Source: a virus
DNA length: 64,000 nt
IMG/VR virus record: IMGVR_UViG_3300023245_000006
Span: 32,704-96,703 of that record
Strand: one strand, 5' to 3'
Position numbers and translations under genes: made by a program. Below the pieces are notes generated by a model. It was not told the DNA's origin, searched no databases, and saw only the letters and a list, made by a program, of their open reading frames with translations. Positions 47,403-59,000 of the stretch are shown here, piece after piece (position 1 is the stretch's first letter; the number at the start of each line of letters is the position of its first letter).

Positions 47403-47711
47403 ATGCAAATAGAAATTGTCTACAATGTCACAAATTTCACAGATCCTCTAAACCTAGAAAATTTGACCGTTCTCAGAAACCAAGCCGTAACAATTTTTGG
47501 TAAAGGTGGTTTGAATATTGCTGATGTTGTCGATTGTCGATTCGAAGAGCGTATCTACGAAGATCGATCCGACTGGGTGTTTGTTCTCGAACTAGATTTC
47601 AACAATATAAGGTTTTTGGAAAAGATTGAACTTCAATCTATTGCAGAATTTCGTACGGTTTCGGAAATTACCGAAACTCTGAAGAACGAATGGGATTCTA
47701 GATACCAGTAA
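47403..47711 (+). CDS. hypothetical protein
   Basis: ORF with TAAATA upstream. Confidence 0.6.
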   Translation: MQIEIVYNVTNFTDPLNLENLTVLRNQAVTIFGKGGLNIADVVDCRFEERIYEDRSDWVFVLELDFNNIRFLEKIELQSIAEFRTVSEITETLKNEWDSRYQ

Positions 47712-47964
47712 TAACACCCAAAACTTTCAGGTTTCTCTTTTCGAAACCAAGTCTATCGGCCAATTCTTTATATATGATCATTGCTTCTTCAATTTCTTGG
47801 TCTATATCCTCATCTACTTCCATTAAATCGGAGTCTTGATTTACAGAAGATTTTTCGCGCAATAATTCCAAATTGGTATTTGATTCAGAAATTCGTTCTT
47901 TGATCCATTTAAAAGAGTTGAGAGCCATTTCTTTCTGTTCTTCGATATTTTTCTTCATTTCCAC
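47698..47964 (-). CDS. hypothetical coiled-coil protein
   Basis: ORF. Confidence 0.5.
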   Translation of the reverse strand: MEMKKNIEEQKEMALNSFKWIKERISESNTNLELLREKSSVNQDSDLMEVDEDIDQEIEEAMIIYKELADRLGFEKRNLKVLGVITGI

Positions 47965-48004
47965 AAAATAGCAGATTTTTCGTAGTAATCAAGTAAATAT
48001 TTCT

Positions 48005-48694
48005 ATGCAGTCTCTCAACGATAAACTTTGGAATGGTATAAAGTTACAACCAGAAATTAAAGAAAAGCTATTATTTATAGCTAGACGGATTGTATCAGAC
48101 CTAAAAATCAATGTCAAGGTAAAACATGTTTTATTTACTGGATCATTGGCATCTTTTGTTTGGAGATCGAGTAGCGATATTGATTTACACATCATCGTAG
48201 ATCCTGTTGGTTCTTATGAAGATGTTGCCACGGAATATTTGAACATGTATTCTAAACTTTTCAACAGCCATCATTCCATTTTCATTCGTGGGTATCTATT
48301 GGAACTTAATATTAAGATGGAAGAAAAACTTTTGGATAATAAAGGTGTATATGACATTTTAACCGATACATGGATTCAAGAACCTTCAATGCCTAGTAAT
48401 ATCGTATCGGGTAGTGATAAGATCAAAGATATCGTATTAGATTATCAGGACCGAATTGATGAATTAATTTCTCTAAATTTATCACTAGACGAAGGAACCA
48501 TACTTCGAAGAGAAATTAAAGAAATGAGAACTCGGGGGTTGGCAGACTCTGGAGAATATTCCATAGGGAATTTAGTATTTAAAGAATTGCGGCATAGTGG
48601 GTATCTCGGTAAATTATATGATACTTTGAGAAATAAAGAAGATGAATTTCTTTCATTTGAAAATTTCGGTGCATTTTTTAATAGAATATTATAA
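48005..48694 (+). CDS. nucleotidyltransferase-domain protein
   Basis: TGSLA...SDIDLHI; GEYS..NLVFKELR. Confidence 0.8.
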   Translation: MQSLNDKLWNGIKLQPEIKEKLLFIARRIVSDLKINVKVKHVLFTGSLASFVWRSSSDIDLHIIVDPVGSYEDVATEYLNMYSKLFNSHHSIFIRGYLLELNIKMEEKLLDNKGVYDILTDTWIQEPSMPSNIVSGSDKIKDIVLDYQDRIDELISLNLSLDEGTILRREIKEMRTRGLADSGEYSIGNLVFKELRHSGYLGKLYDTLRNKEDEFLSFENFGAFFNRIL

Positions 48695-49950
48695 TGGATT
48701 ATCTCAAGCAATTTTCTAAAGGAAATAGATCATTCTCTGGGAATTTTCCTATATTATCGAAAATATCAGATTGTTCCGTTGGTTATGTTGATATAGTCCA
48801 ACCGATCCCCCGAGAATCGTTTTCGTGTGCATTAGTAGGACTTCTCGAATCACCGGGAGAATCTACGTCTTTTTATGATGGTTATACAATAGAGGTAAGA
48901 TATTCTAACAACTCTGGGCCTTGTCAAGGTGGACATTCATGTAACGCTGCTAGATTTAGATTATTAGGAAATGGTGTTTTAATAGGTGTGGCAGACCTTA
49001 ATAATGATCCTGGTGGCGGTGATAGAGACACATCATTAACCATTAATAGTGAATTAGCTAGACAAATTAGAGAATCTTCACCTAATAACAATATTTTACA
49101 ATTATCTTTAGTATGTGATATACGACCTGATGAAAATGGGGGTTGGGGTCTAGGAAAGTGTCACGAAAACGTTACATGGATTAGAGTTTATTCTGAAAAT
49201 GACCCATTCAATTATTTATATGACGGATGTCCTATTGGTAATTTTTTAGAACTTTATCCACAAAGTGATACACAATCATATATTAAGATATATTATGAGT
49301 CTTTAGATGGAAAAATTATAGAATGTTATAGACCACCAATCGCGGGTTGCACAAACCCATATAGAGAAAATTATAACCCCAACGCAGAGATCCTTGATGA
49401 TTCATGCGGAGATTCAATTTTACATATTATAGATTTAAATTATGATATTAGCGATATAATAAAATCTGATAATGGATTCTCCTACCATAACAATTCAAGT
49501 ATTTCATCGAATATCAAACAAATTATTTATAGTGGTAACGGTACTTTCAGAAGTTCTAATTCAAGTACTTCATCGAATATCAAACAAATTATTTATAGTG
49601 GTAACGGTACTTTCAGAAGTTCTAATTCAAGTACTTCATCGAATATCAAACAAATTATTTATAGTGGTAACGGTACTTTCAGAAGTTCTAATTCACAAAC
49701 CGAGAATAGTTTAGGGTCAATATTTCAAAGTTCAGACGGTATAATAATATCCAATAATTCTTCACCTTCCATGAATTTGAAGAATATTACACAAAGTTCA
49801 GACGGTATAATAATATCCAATAATTCTTCACCTTCCATGAATTTGAAGAATATTACACAAAGTTTATACGGTATAATAATATCCAATAATTCTTCACCTT
49901 CCATGAATTTGGAGAATATTACACAAAGTTTATACGGAACGATTCGTTAA
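48694..49950 (+). CDS. virion-associated protein with tandem repeats
   Basis: GCT.P...NYNPNA..DD.SC motif and C-terminal 22-aa repeats. Confidence 0.65.
   Translation: MDYLKQFSKGNRSFSGNFPILSKISDCSVGYVDIVQPIPRESFSCALVGLLESPGESTSFYDGYTIEVRYSNNSGPCQGGHSCNAARFRLLGNGVLIGVADLNNDPGGGDRDTSLTINSELARQIRESSPNNNILQLSLVCDIRPDENGGWGLGKCHENVTWIRVYSENDPFNYLYDGCPIGNFLELYPQSDTQSYIKIYYESLDGKIIECYRPPIAGCTNPYRENYNPNAEILDDSCGDSILHIIDLNYDISDIIKSDNGFSYHNNSSISSNIKQIIYSGNGTFRSSNSSTSSNIKQIIYSGNGTFRSSNSSTSSNIKQIIYSGNGTFRSSNSQTENSLGSIFQSSDGIIISNNSSPSMNLKNITQSSDGIIISNNSSPSMNLKNITQSLYGIIISNNSSPSMNLENITQSLYGTIR
49494..49937 (+). repeat. two adjacent 66-bp tandem repeat sets (about 3 copies each)
   Basis: SSNIKQIIYSGNGTFRSSNSST and SSDGIIISNNSSPSMNLKNITQ units. 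Confidence 0.9.
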
Positions 49951-49988
49951 TAATTGGTAAATGATCAAAACATTTATAAGTAATTAAC

Positions 49989-50798
49989 ATGATTATATAC
50001 CCAAACACACAGTCGAATTTATTGAGCGGTAATTTCGATTTCTCATCAATGTTGATAAAGGGTGTTTTAACTCAAGATTACCAATATAATGTAAATGTTC
50101 TTTCAGATATTACGAATATTCATTCAATGAGTTTTACTCTTTCTAGTGTTGCGATAACTATTGATATTGGTGTGGCATCATCCTCTAAATCAATATCTTT
50201 AACATCTTCCGATTGTTTTTTCCCCGATGTTACTGGTGGTATTTCTGGATCAACCACATATTTCTATTTATATAAAGATACTGGTAATCCATCAACAAGT
50301 CCGATATTATTCTCACATAGTATCGGAAACTTTACAGGATACGGTGAAGTTTTTTACGCCTTTAATAATAAAAAAATATTTTATTTACGGGATACTGATG
50401 ATTATTATGGAACGAATAGATTCTTATATAGAACAGCTAGTGATAAGATGTTGAGAGGGTTACTCGGAAATTTACAAACAGTGTCCCTTAAAGTTGGTTT
50501 TCTTAAAAACACTCACACACCAAACATCGAGAAAGAATTTCTTTCGGATGTTTCATCTGATGTTGTCACACAAGGACCAATTATCAATAAATATATCAAC
50601 TTAAATGTTTTAAAAACTGATACAGTAGTTTTCGGAGATTCTTTGATCACCGAAACTATTGGTGGGATTGTTGTATATATTGATAGTGGATCTCCAAGCA
50701 CATCACCGCTTTTATGTTTTTATAAATTTTCGGATCTTTATATTCTTAATAAAAAACCAACGGTGGGTTTTTACCAAAATATAATACTTTCTTTGTAA
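49989..50798 (+). CDS. structural protein with a duplicated domain
   Basis: YKDTGNPSTSPIL and YIDSGSPSTSPLL; TATAAGTA upstream. Confidence 0.65.
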   Translation: MIIYPNTQSNLLSGNFDFSSMLIKGVLTQDYQYNVNVLSDITNIHSMSFTLSSVAITIDIGVASSSKSISLTSSDCFFPDVTGGISGSTTYFYLYKDTGNPSTSPILFSHSIGNFTGYGEVFYAFNNKKIFYLRDTDDYYGTNRFLYRTASDKMLRGLLGNLQTVSLKVGFLKNTHTPNIEKEFLSDVSSDVVTQGPIINKYINLNVLKTDTVVFGDSLITETIGGIVVYIDSGSPSTSPLLCFYKFSDLYILNKKPTVGFYQNIILSL

Positions 50799-50832
50799 GA
50801 AGGTTTCTTAGTTATAAGTATTATCATAGAAG

Positions 50833-53800
50833 ATGATAGATTTAAATACCAACAACCCATATACCTATAAAGAATGGGTTTATCGTCAAAATATCGACAT
50901 TTCGGATACAGATCATCCAAAATATGTAGAATATTTAAAATCGTGGTATGCAAACAAGAAATTAATATATCCAGAAACCAAGAAAACTATCAAAGATGAA
51001 TATGTTCAACTTTTAAAAGATCTTTCGTTTCTATTCAGCGAATCTGAAGAAAATAGATTTCTTCGCGATGTGGATTTTGAAAACAAAGACGAGGTTATCT
51101 ATGCTATACCATTCTTTGCCAAAAAATTAAAAGAAATTTCAAAGGTTCTGATCAACAAAAGAGAATCTACCAAGAATGCAAAATTGAAATATAACATGGT
51201 CGGTTCTAACAAGGGGTTAGAGACATTGTTATATGATTACGTTCTCAGAAGTTTTACTAAAAAAGATGGGAACATTACCCAAATTCCGGCATCTGAATTA
51301 TTGAATATTCTTCCACAATTATCAGCGGTTAAAAATGACTTTTATATCGAGGTTGAGGAATTACATGACCCGACTCTTTATCAAGATTCTGACCCAACTA
51401 TTGATATTGGTGTATATCAAAAAATATCCGAGGTCCTTGGGGAAATCCCTCTAGAAACTTTAACGGTTGATGAACTATCTAAAGTATTAGCATCTAGATT
51501 GATTCCTAGACTAGCAAATTCAAATCTTTCTAAATTGATTGGTAAATATATCGAATCAGATATTAAAAATTCTACAAACGTTTCTCAATTACTTGTCGAG
51601 ACATCAAAAAGATATTTAGGTGAGCCTATATACGGATTGACTGCTGTTAGATTGTCAGAAACTAATAATTTTGATATGGGTTTAGATATTGACCTGACCG
51701 TTGGTAATAACTGGTTTCTATGGCCTAGTGGTAACATAATTACAAACGATTATACATTTTCTAATGTATATGCTCCTATTAAAATTAACGATTCTTTATT
51801 TTTCGCATCTAGCGCAAAGGCCGGAACAACTTATGAAGAATCTGATTTAATTTTTACCGAAAAGAATGGTAGCGTTGAGGGTGCTTGGTTGTTGAGCGAT
51901 CAATTGGACGATGTTTCTGATGTAATGTCTATTACCATAATGGGTGGAGAATCGAAAGAATTTAGATTCCCGTTCGCAGGGTTTAAATTGAAAACCAAAG
52001 GATCGTCATGGGATGGGTTTTCCATCAACGATTCATTTCTACCAGATTTTTATGATTTGGATAATAGTCAACGCGAACAAATTTTAACAACATATTTTAC
52101 AGAAACCATTCCGCAGTCGGCTTCTACTGATATTACTCTTAATAGAACAAGTTTGGTTGATATGGGAGCATTTGCCGGAAATTTATACACTAACAGTGAT
52201 ACGATAGTAAAAAAGTCATCGGCCTCGCAAACAAGTCCAGTGTACTCCGAAGATTTATTAGGTCCAATCGAATCGGCATTTTTATATAAACCATTAAAAA
52301 CCGATTTACCAATATCGGTAGGAATTTCGTATGTTTATTGGCCTTATATGGTGTATGTACCCGATGAAGAGTTTCCGATAACCATAAAGGATGATGTTTG
52401 TGCTCCCATTAATCTCAATGAGGTCGATTCTCGGTCTTCTATAGGGGCTGTGGCTGGTTTATCTTTCAATGACTCAGATGTCATCTATAAACTGAATAGT
52501 AGGACTTTAGAGCCAATGGAGGCAGCATTTTTACAAACATCTTTAACCGATGAATTGGATCTGACTATTGACAATATTGCAGTCTATGAAAATGAGGCAG
52601 TAAGATGTTCCAAATATATATCAGGCCCGATCCAAGGAGCACTATCTTTAAAAATTAATCCACTTGAGAAGGTTTCTTTTATTTGGACCGATGTTGATAC
52701 CTATGCAGATGATGTCTTTAAATTCTATAAACATTCTGATGATTGTCCTTATGGTAAGATTTCTAATGATTATTACACCGACCAAAGTTTTATCAATTTA
52801 AAAAAATCATTAGCCAAGAACAACTACAAAAACTGTTCTTGTAAGTCGGTTTATTTTTCTCCTATCGGTCACGAAGGAGAATCTATATTTGAATACAACG
52901 GAATGGCTGATATTCTGTTTCACGATCCTGATGGTGTTGGTGAAGATTTTGCCCTCAATAGTTGGAAAGATACCCGAAACTTAACCGTAAAAAATAGTCC
53001 ACAATTCTCATTCTATAAAATAACTTCAGGGGATTCTAAGGTTGGTTGGGGTGATGGGTTTTGGAAAACCGGTAATGGTCAACGAATGGTCCTTAAAACC
53101 GGGAAGCGTTATACGTACTATAGATCATCACAACGACGAGATAATACAACTGATGATCCGGCACCATATTTTGTGGTTAAGTACCCCTACAAAAAAATTG
53201 TTGGGTTATGTTATCCGGGTAAAAGCGATATAGTCATTCTTTGGGATATTTCCAAAACACAAGAAAATGTTTTTGGCAATGCTAAGGATGTTGTAAAGTT
53301 ATTGGCCAAAAAATTAATAGCATATTCCGTAGGGTCAACCACCAAAGTATCGATTATTGCATTCGATAATGATACAATTGTTGTTGGATATTTAAGTAAA
53401 GATTCCGATGTGTTGAATTTCTATATAAATCAAGTTTCCATCAAATCTATTTATCCGGATTACGCCACAAACATTAAAGGTGCCCTAGAAATGGCTTACT
53501 ATATCTTAACCACCCCCATACCCACAGGATCTGATGAATATGCAGATTTCTCAAAATTATGTAAGTCCTTAGCATCAACCATTATAAATAGTGGTTCATC
53601 TGCAAAATCTTTCAACGTGCCTAGACCGGACGCATCTAAAAAAATATTAATAATCAGTGATGGTTCAGATTCGTACGAACCTTCTGGTGTAATCGAATAT
53701 GCAAATTTCGTAAAATCTATGGGTGTGGAAATCCATTCCGTAGACTTTGGTGAATTGGCTAATTTAAATAATCTTATGGAAGAAATTTCCACAGATTCTA

Positions 53801-55356
53801 TTCAAACATATTTTAACCTACAACGATATATGATATATGGCGATGGAGATATAAACTCTTTCGTTGAACACATATCAAGAAAAATTAATGGATGTAGACC
53901 TATATCACCAAGATGGATGAAGGCGGTTCGCGATGCAAATGGCAACTGGTCCGGAAATGGTGAAGTTAGTGATTTGATAATAAGAGCGGGTGATTTCTTA
54001 TCATATGTCCATCAAGACGTTGTTACATATAGAGGATTCGATAGTTATTCAGATTTCACAAACATTGCTATAAATTTCACAACTAATTTTAAATTGGATG
54101 GGTGGGATTACACAACCAATACATTCTCATTAACATCCATAGGTCTGAATTTTGGGGCTAAACCTTTCTGGGGTGAAGCATATTCCGATAAAACCATTGA
54201 AAATCGATTCAATAAAGAAACTAATATATTTGGTGGACATATTAGATATTTTGAAGAATATACCCCAATAACTCAACCAAATGTATCTCCGATGATTTTG
54301 GAGAACGATTCTCTAATAACATATAATCGAAAAGATTTATATAAATTTTCATGGGATCAACCTTTAGATTTTGTTATCACAACTAAGGTAAATCGATGGA
54401 AAAAATTAGAATTCATAACCAATACTTCCAATTTATCAGAAATTTTAAAGAATGGAACCATAGATCGGGTTTCAATACCAACTTTTGAGGACAGTGATTT
54501 GGTTCTAGAAGGATACTCACAATTTAAACCTGCTAAATATAATTACTACGCTCGAAAACCTTTTAAATATTCTCAACCCCTATATTATAGTAATCGAGAT
54601 GTTAATAGTTTTGTTACATTCTTAACGGGTTATTATATCGACCCAACCAACCCATATAATAATTTAACAAACGTCCATTTTCCAACAATCGCGATTGAAG
54701 AATTTCCAAAAAATTGTATCACCGAAAAATCTGTAGGTCATTATCTATTACCAGAAAATTTGGGAACATCTCATTATCTTGGTAGAGGGTACACTTATAA
54801 AATAACCAGTTCACAACTAACCATTGTTGATGGATTATCCGCCGAAAGATTATATTATGATTTGAACAAATATGGAAACCGTAATCGAGGATTAACCAAA
54901 AACGATCAGGTCACCATTTCGGAATTGGATGAATTAGATAATCGATGGATATCTGAGTCATATTTCAACAACAATAGGGCCGGAATCATTAAAAACCCAC
55001 AAAGGATTCAAAAATTGCTTCCTTACCAGACTGATTACGAAAACAAAGGTAAAAATTACTTCGGCCTTTCTAGACAAGGAGACGATTTACAATTATGGCA
55101 TCCAGCCGATCCTGCAAAATGGAACGATCCTTCTTATAATCTAACTCTTAGAAATGAACTAACAGTCGAAGTTCTACTAGAGAAAATTAAAACATTCTTG
55201 GTAAATAGAGGTGTTTTGGTTCAGTGGAAAAGTGATATATACGGAAACGAATTTGGTGTGTATAAAGGTGATAATATTGATGATACCAACTTCATAAAAA
55301 CCGAAGAAATGTTAAACTTATTAACAGAACTGTTAGAATACATGACAATAGAATAA
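50833..55356 (+). CDS. large structural (baseplate/tail) protein with vWA domain
   Basis: 1507 aa; DISKT..TNI..AL..ISDG vWA motifs; TATAAGTA upstream. Confidence 0.7.
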   Translation: MIDLNTNNPYTYKEWVYRQNIDISDTDHPKYVEYLKSWYANKKLIYPETKKTIKDEYVQLLKDLSFLFSESEENRFLRDVDFENKDEVIYAIPFFAKKLKEISKVLINKRESTKNAKLKYNMVGSNKGLETLLYDYVLRSFTKKDGNITQIPASELLNILPQLSAVKNDFYIEVEELHDPTLYQDSDPTIDIGVYQKISEVLGEIPLETLTVDELSKVLASRLIPRLANSNLSKLIGKYIESDIKNSTNVSQLLVETSKRYLGEPIYGLTAVRLSETNNFDMGLDIDLTVGNNWFLWPSGNIITNDYTFSNVYAPIKINDSLFFASSAKAGTTYEESDLIFTEKNGSVEGAWLLSDQLDDVSDVMSITIMGGESKEFRFPFAGFKLKTKGSSWDGFSINDSFLPDFYDLDNSQREQILTTYFTETIPQSASTDITLNRTSLVDMGAFAGNLYTNSDTIVKKSSASQTSPVYSEDLLGPIESAFLYKPLKTDLPISVGISYVYWPYMVYVPDEEFPITIKDDVCAPINLNEVDSRSSIGAVAGLSFNDSDVIYKLNSRTLEPMEAAFLQTSLTDELDLTIDNIAVYENEAVRCSKYISGPIQGALSLKINPLEKVSFIWTDVDTYADDVFKFYKHSDDCPYGKISNDYYTDQSFINLKKSLAKNNYKNCSCKSVYFSPIGHEGESIFEYNGMADILFHDPDGVGEDFALNSWKDTRNLTVKNSPQFSFYKITSGDSKVGWGDGFWKTGNGQRMVLKTGKRYTYYRSSQRRDNTTDDPAPYFVVKYPYKKIVGLCYPGKSDIVILWDISKTQENVFGNAKDVVKLLAKKLIAYSVGSTTKVSIIAFDNDTIVVGYLSKDSDVLNFYINQVSIKSIYPDYATNIKGALEMAYYILTTPIPTGSDEYADFSKLCKSLASTIINSGSSAKSFNVPRPDASKKILIISDGSDSYEPSGVIEYANFVKSMGVEIHSVDFGELANLNNLMEEISTDSIQTYFNLQRYMIYGDGDINSFVEHISRKINGCRPISPRWMKAVRDANGNWSGNGEVSDLIIRAGDFLSYVHQDVVTYRGFDSYSDFTNIAINFTTNFKLDGWDYTTNTFSLTSIGLNFGAKPFWGEAYSDKTIENRFNKETNIFGGHIRYFEEYTPITQPNVSPMILENDSLITYNRKDLYKFSWDQPLDFVITTKVNRWKKLEFITNTSNLSEILKNGTIDRVSIPTFEDSDLVLEGYSQFKPAKYNYYARKPFKYSQPLYYSNRDVNSFVTFLTGYYIDPTNPYNNLTNVHFPTIAIEEFPKNCITEKSVGHYLLPENLGTSHYLGRGYTYKITSSQLTIVDGLSAERLYYDLNKYGNRNRGLTKNDQVTISELDELDNRWISESYFNNNRAGIIKNPQRIQKLLPYQTDYENKGKNYFGLSRQGDDLQLWHPADPAKWNDPSYNLTLRNELTVEVLLEKIKTFLVNRGVLVQWKSDIYGNEFGVYKGDNIDDTNFIKTEEMLNLLTELLEYMTIE

Positions 55357-55357
55357 T

Positions 55358-56032
55358 ATGACAATATACGAAAAACAAAACAATATAGGAGAATCTTGGT
55401 ATAGATCTTCGGATGGTAAAATATTATCATGTAACATAGCCCTATCAAGTTTTGGGATAAAATACCGAAATATTGATTATGATTTGTATTCCAATATAAC
55501 CGACAACCACATCAAGGATTTAGATGTTATTCAAGATGTTTTATTGGTAAAAACAATCAGTGCATTTTTTATCGATAAATTCTACATCAACGATGATAAT
55601 ATTCCTGTTCCTATTTTAAATTATAACAATTCTCATACAATACCGAAGAATTGTAGTTTGGATTATTGGTTCGACGAACCGACCCAAAAAATATACACTT
55701 TTTTTGGAGGAATGTCTGCACTCGATAATAAATTCAATTTTGAGATTTATGAATTTGATATTTTGAACAACCTATATGACAAAAAACGTCATTTAGCATT
55801 CGATATCGTATCAGAGCCTATTACTACCGTGGATGGCCTAAAGGTCTGCTATAATCAAGATACTACTAATTTTAATATAAGTTTGGTATTTAGCACATCG
55901 AGCCTGAGTGATGTAAATTTGTTATCGTGGAATGTGAAAACCAAAAATACGATGATACTTGATAGTTTAAACTTGGTTTTGCCTAACCAACCATTAATCA
56001 CATCTCGAATCACCAATGTTTTATATATTTAA
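55358..56032 (+). CDS. probable structural protein
   Basis: coupled to the upstream gene. Confidence 0.6.
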   Translation: MTIYEKQNNIGESWYRSSDGKILSCNIALSSFGIKYRNIDYDLYSNITDNHIKDLDVIQDVLLVKTISAFFIDKFYINDDNIPVPILNYNNSHTIPKNCSLDYWFDEPTQKIYTFFGGMSALDNKFNFEIYEFDILNNLYDKKRHLAFDIVSEPITTVDGLKVCYNQDTTNFNISLVFSTSSLSDVNLLSWNVKTKNTMILDSLNLVLPNQPLITSRITNVLYI

Positions 56033-56059
56033 AATCACATTGGCCCTATAAATAGTTAA

Positions 56060-59000
56060 GTGATCGTTTCATCATATAATTCATTTTCGTCGGTAAACCT
56101 AGAATTTTTCAAATTTTCACCTGTATCTCAGGAGTCCAATTTGGAATGTACTAGTGTTTGTTTAGATAATGGTTTAAAATTGTCTATATATAACGTTCTG
56201 TCAGGTGCCAAAGATTTCTCATTCAATAATAAAAGTGGATTGTTGTTAAGTAGTCTCCGATCCAATTCAGAGATTTTTGAATCATCTGATGTCATATCAA
56301 AGTTAAATTTTTCAAATATGGATTCGCCCATAACAACATCTAATAATTTTGTTATTTCCACATCATCGAATAATCTACACTTCACCAACAAAACTGTAGC
56401 GGATATCCCAGATACATTAACATTTTTAAAGGTTTCTGATTATTTACATATAAAAAATAACAGGAACTTTTATCTAACACATAACCCAACAGATGATACA
56501 TTATCATTTATCCCAAAAATAATATCAGATTCAAATTTACAAAAATTTGATTATAATTTAAATGATAATTTACTATATCTTTATCCATATGGTTACAATC
56601 GGTCTAAAATCGTAGTTTCTACAAATCCTCTATCAGTTAGTTCTTATAACTACAATACATTCTCATCAAACTCGTCATTATACATTTTAAAAATGTATGC
56701 ATTTACAGATGCTTTAAACAACTATGGATTGTTAGAAACCTCGGTTGTCACGTATGAAAACAACCCTATCACATCAACCGAATCTCTGAAACGAATAGAC
56801 GACCTAGAATATAAACAAAATTATCTGGTTATTTTTCCCTACGAATATAAAACTGATAATGGATACCCTTTATATATCAACGGTCTTAAAAACTACCAAA
56901 CGCCCGAATATGCCTATAGTAAAGGGTCTGAGACATATCTAAACAACTCATCCACCCGAAGAGATTACGATAAGATTTTTACTGGTAGTAATCAATATGG
57001 CGGAAATGATAATGTTTTTTTGGGCTACCGAGGAAAGACTGCCGAACAAATTTTCGACCCAAATAAAAATACAAAATTTTTCTATCCATTCAATGCACCG
57101 AGAATATATATCGGGGATTCTGGGTTAATCGAAGATGGTGCCAAAAGCGGTGAAATACCATTTGATTCTGATAAAGTTTTTGTTAATAATATAGACTATT
57201 CCGAATTCTTGGCAACATCATCAACCATCAAGAAATTTGATGGAACATGGGCATGTTCTTGGTTGAGTGGCAATCATTTAGGCGATTCTATTTGGATGGA
57301 TAGGTTTTATAATTCTGCGTATTACACATTAGATCAAGCTATATCGGCTGGAAATGTTGTCTACAATCCAAAACATAGAAATATATCCACTAATATGTGG
57401 GATGATATATCTACCATGTATTTCGAACCGGGAATTCGATATTCATATATGAGAATTGGTCAGTACGATGTGGATGACTATATAAAAAGTTTTGATTTTG
57501 ACCCATCGATGGAACTTGGTGGAAAAATATTACATATTAAAAAATGGAATTCTGATCCTCTTCTCGATGAGACTCCGTATAAACACGATGGGTTAGTATT
57601 CTACAATAATTTTGATAACTTCAAAGGGGATTATTGGGTTATGGATGGTGAAAACCATGCAGTATTTTCGTCTGATAATATTCTATTAAACGATACCGAA
57701 TTCACAACGAGTCTTTGGGTTAATGTAGATGATTGGTCTGATATACAAGGTGAACAAATTTTCGGAAATTATTACAACGGTGGATATGGATTTGTTAATA
57801 GTTCTGCATACCCATCACCACTGTTCACCATAGTTGAAAACACCGCAGGAAAAATATCTACATATAATTACCGAATGTTAGAAATTGATGAGGTGATGTT
57901 TGAACCTCTTGATGATCAAGAAAATAGAATTATACAAAAATTGCCTAATTTCGATTATTGGGTTTTTGATTGTATTAATTTGATAGGTAGACGATATGAC
58001 ATTGAAGGAAAACTTTTGGATGTTATACCAACCTCTGACATATCACCCACATTGAGTACCATCACACAAGTAAAAATAGATTCCGCCCAGAGTTTGTATT
58101 TATATGATAAAGACAATCATAATATATTGGTTCTGGATAGTGATGGAAATTACACAAATACAAGATCTATAACCGGAAATTCTTTCCAGATTGATTTGAA
58201 TGATAATTTAATTGATTGTTATGGATCATTTGCTGATATAGATAGTTCTAATAATCTATGGGAAATTGTTGGTGGAAATCTATATAAGAATAAACAGATA
58301 TATGGTAATGTAGGACTTGTTCAAGAAATATTATTTGATGCTCTAGACAATCTATGGATTTTACATGGGCAAGATACGGTTTCAAAATTAAATACTTCTA
58401 TTGATGCATTCACCTTTAGTTTAAGAATAGGGACTCGATCATCTTTACCAGAAGATCCGTGCGTATTGGCAAGTATTCCTGATAAATTCAGAACGATAGA
58501 CTTCTTGAAAGTTCCTAATGGAAAAATTTCCGAAGATTTGGCGGTCATTGTTGATAATTTTGATAATGAAATTTACATAATCAATCAAAATGGTGATATG
58601 TTATCTAAAATGAATTTGCGAGATGGAAAAGATTCTGGCGATTTTAAATACTATGCCGAAGGAGATTTTACCGGATACCAATATCTCAGAAAATATGGCT
58701 ACTCCGATAAATCATTGGCATGGAAATTCAAAATTTCCAAGTTGGATGGAACCGATAATAGAAATATAACATTGAAGCACACAGCGAAAAATTTATACAA
58801 AGGTTGGCACATGTTTACCTTTGCATTCGATACTCTTAAAGGTGAAGCAAGTTATTACATAGATAGTATATTGGTGGACTCTGTAAAATTTGATAAATAT
58901 ATATATAAATTAGCTTTTTCTTATAGATCTCCGCTTCTGTTGGGTGCCAATACGGTTAAAAATAAAATATTGAATGATGTGATCAGAATTAACAATTCAT

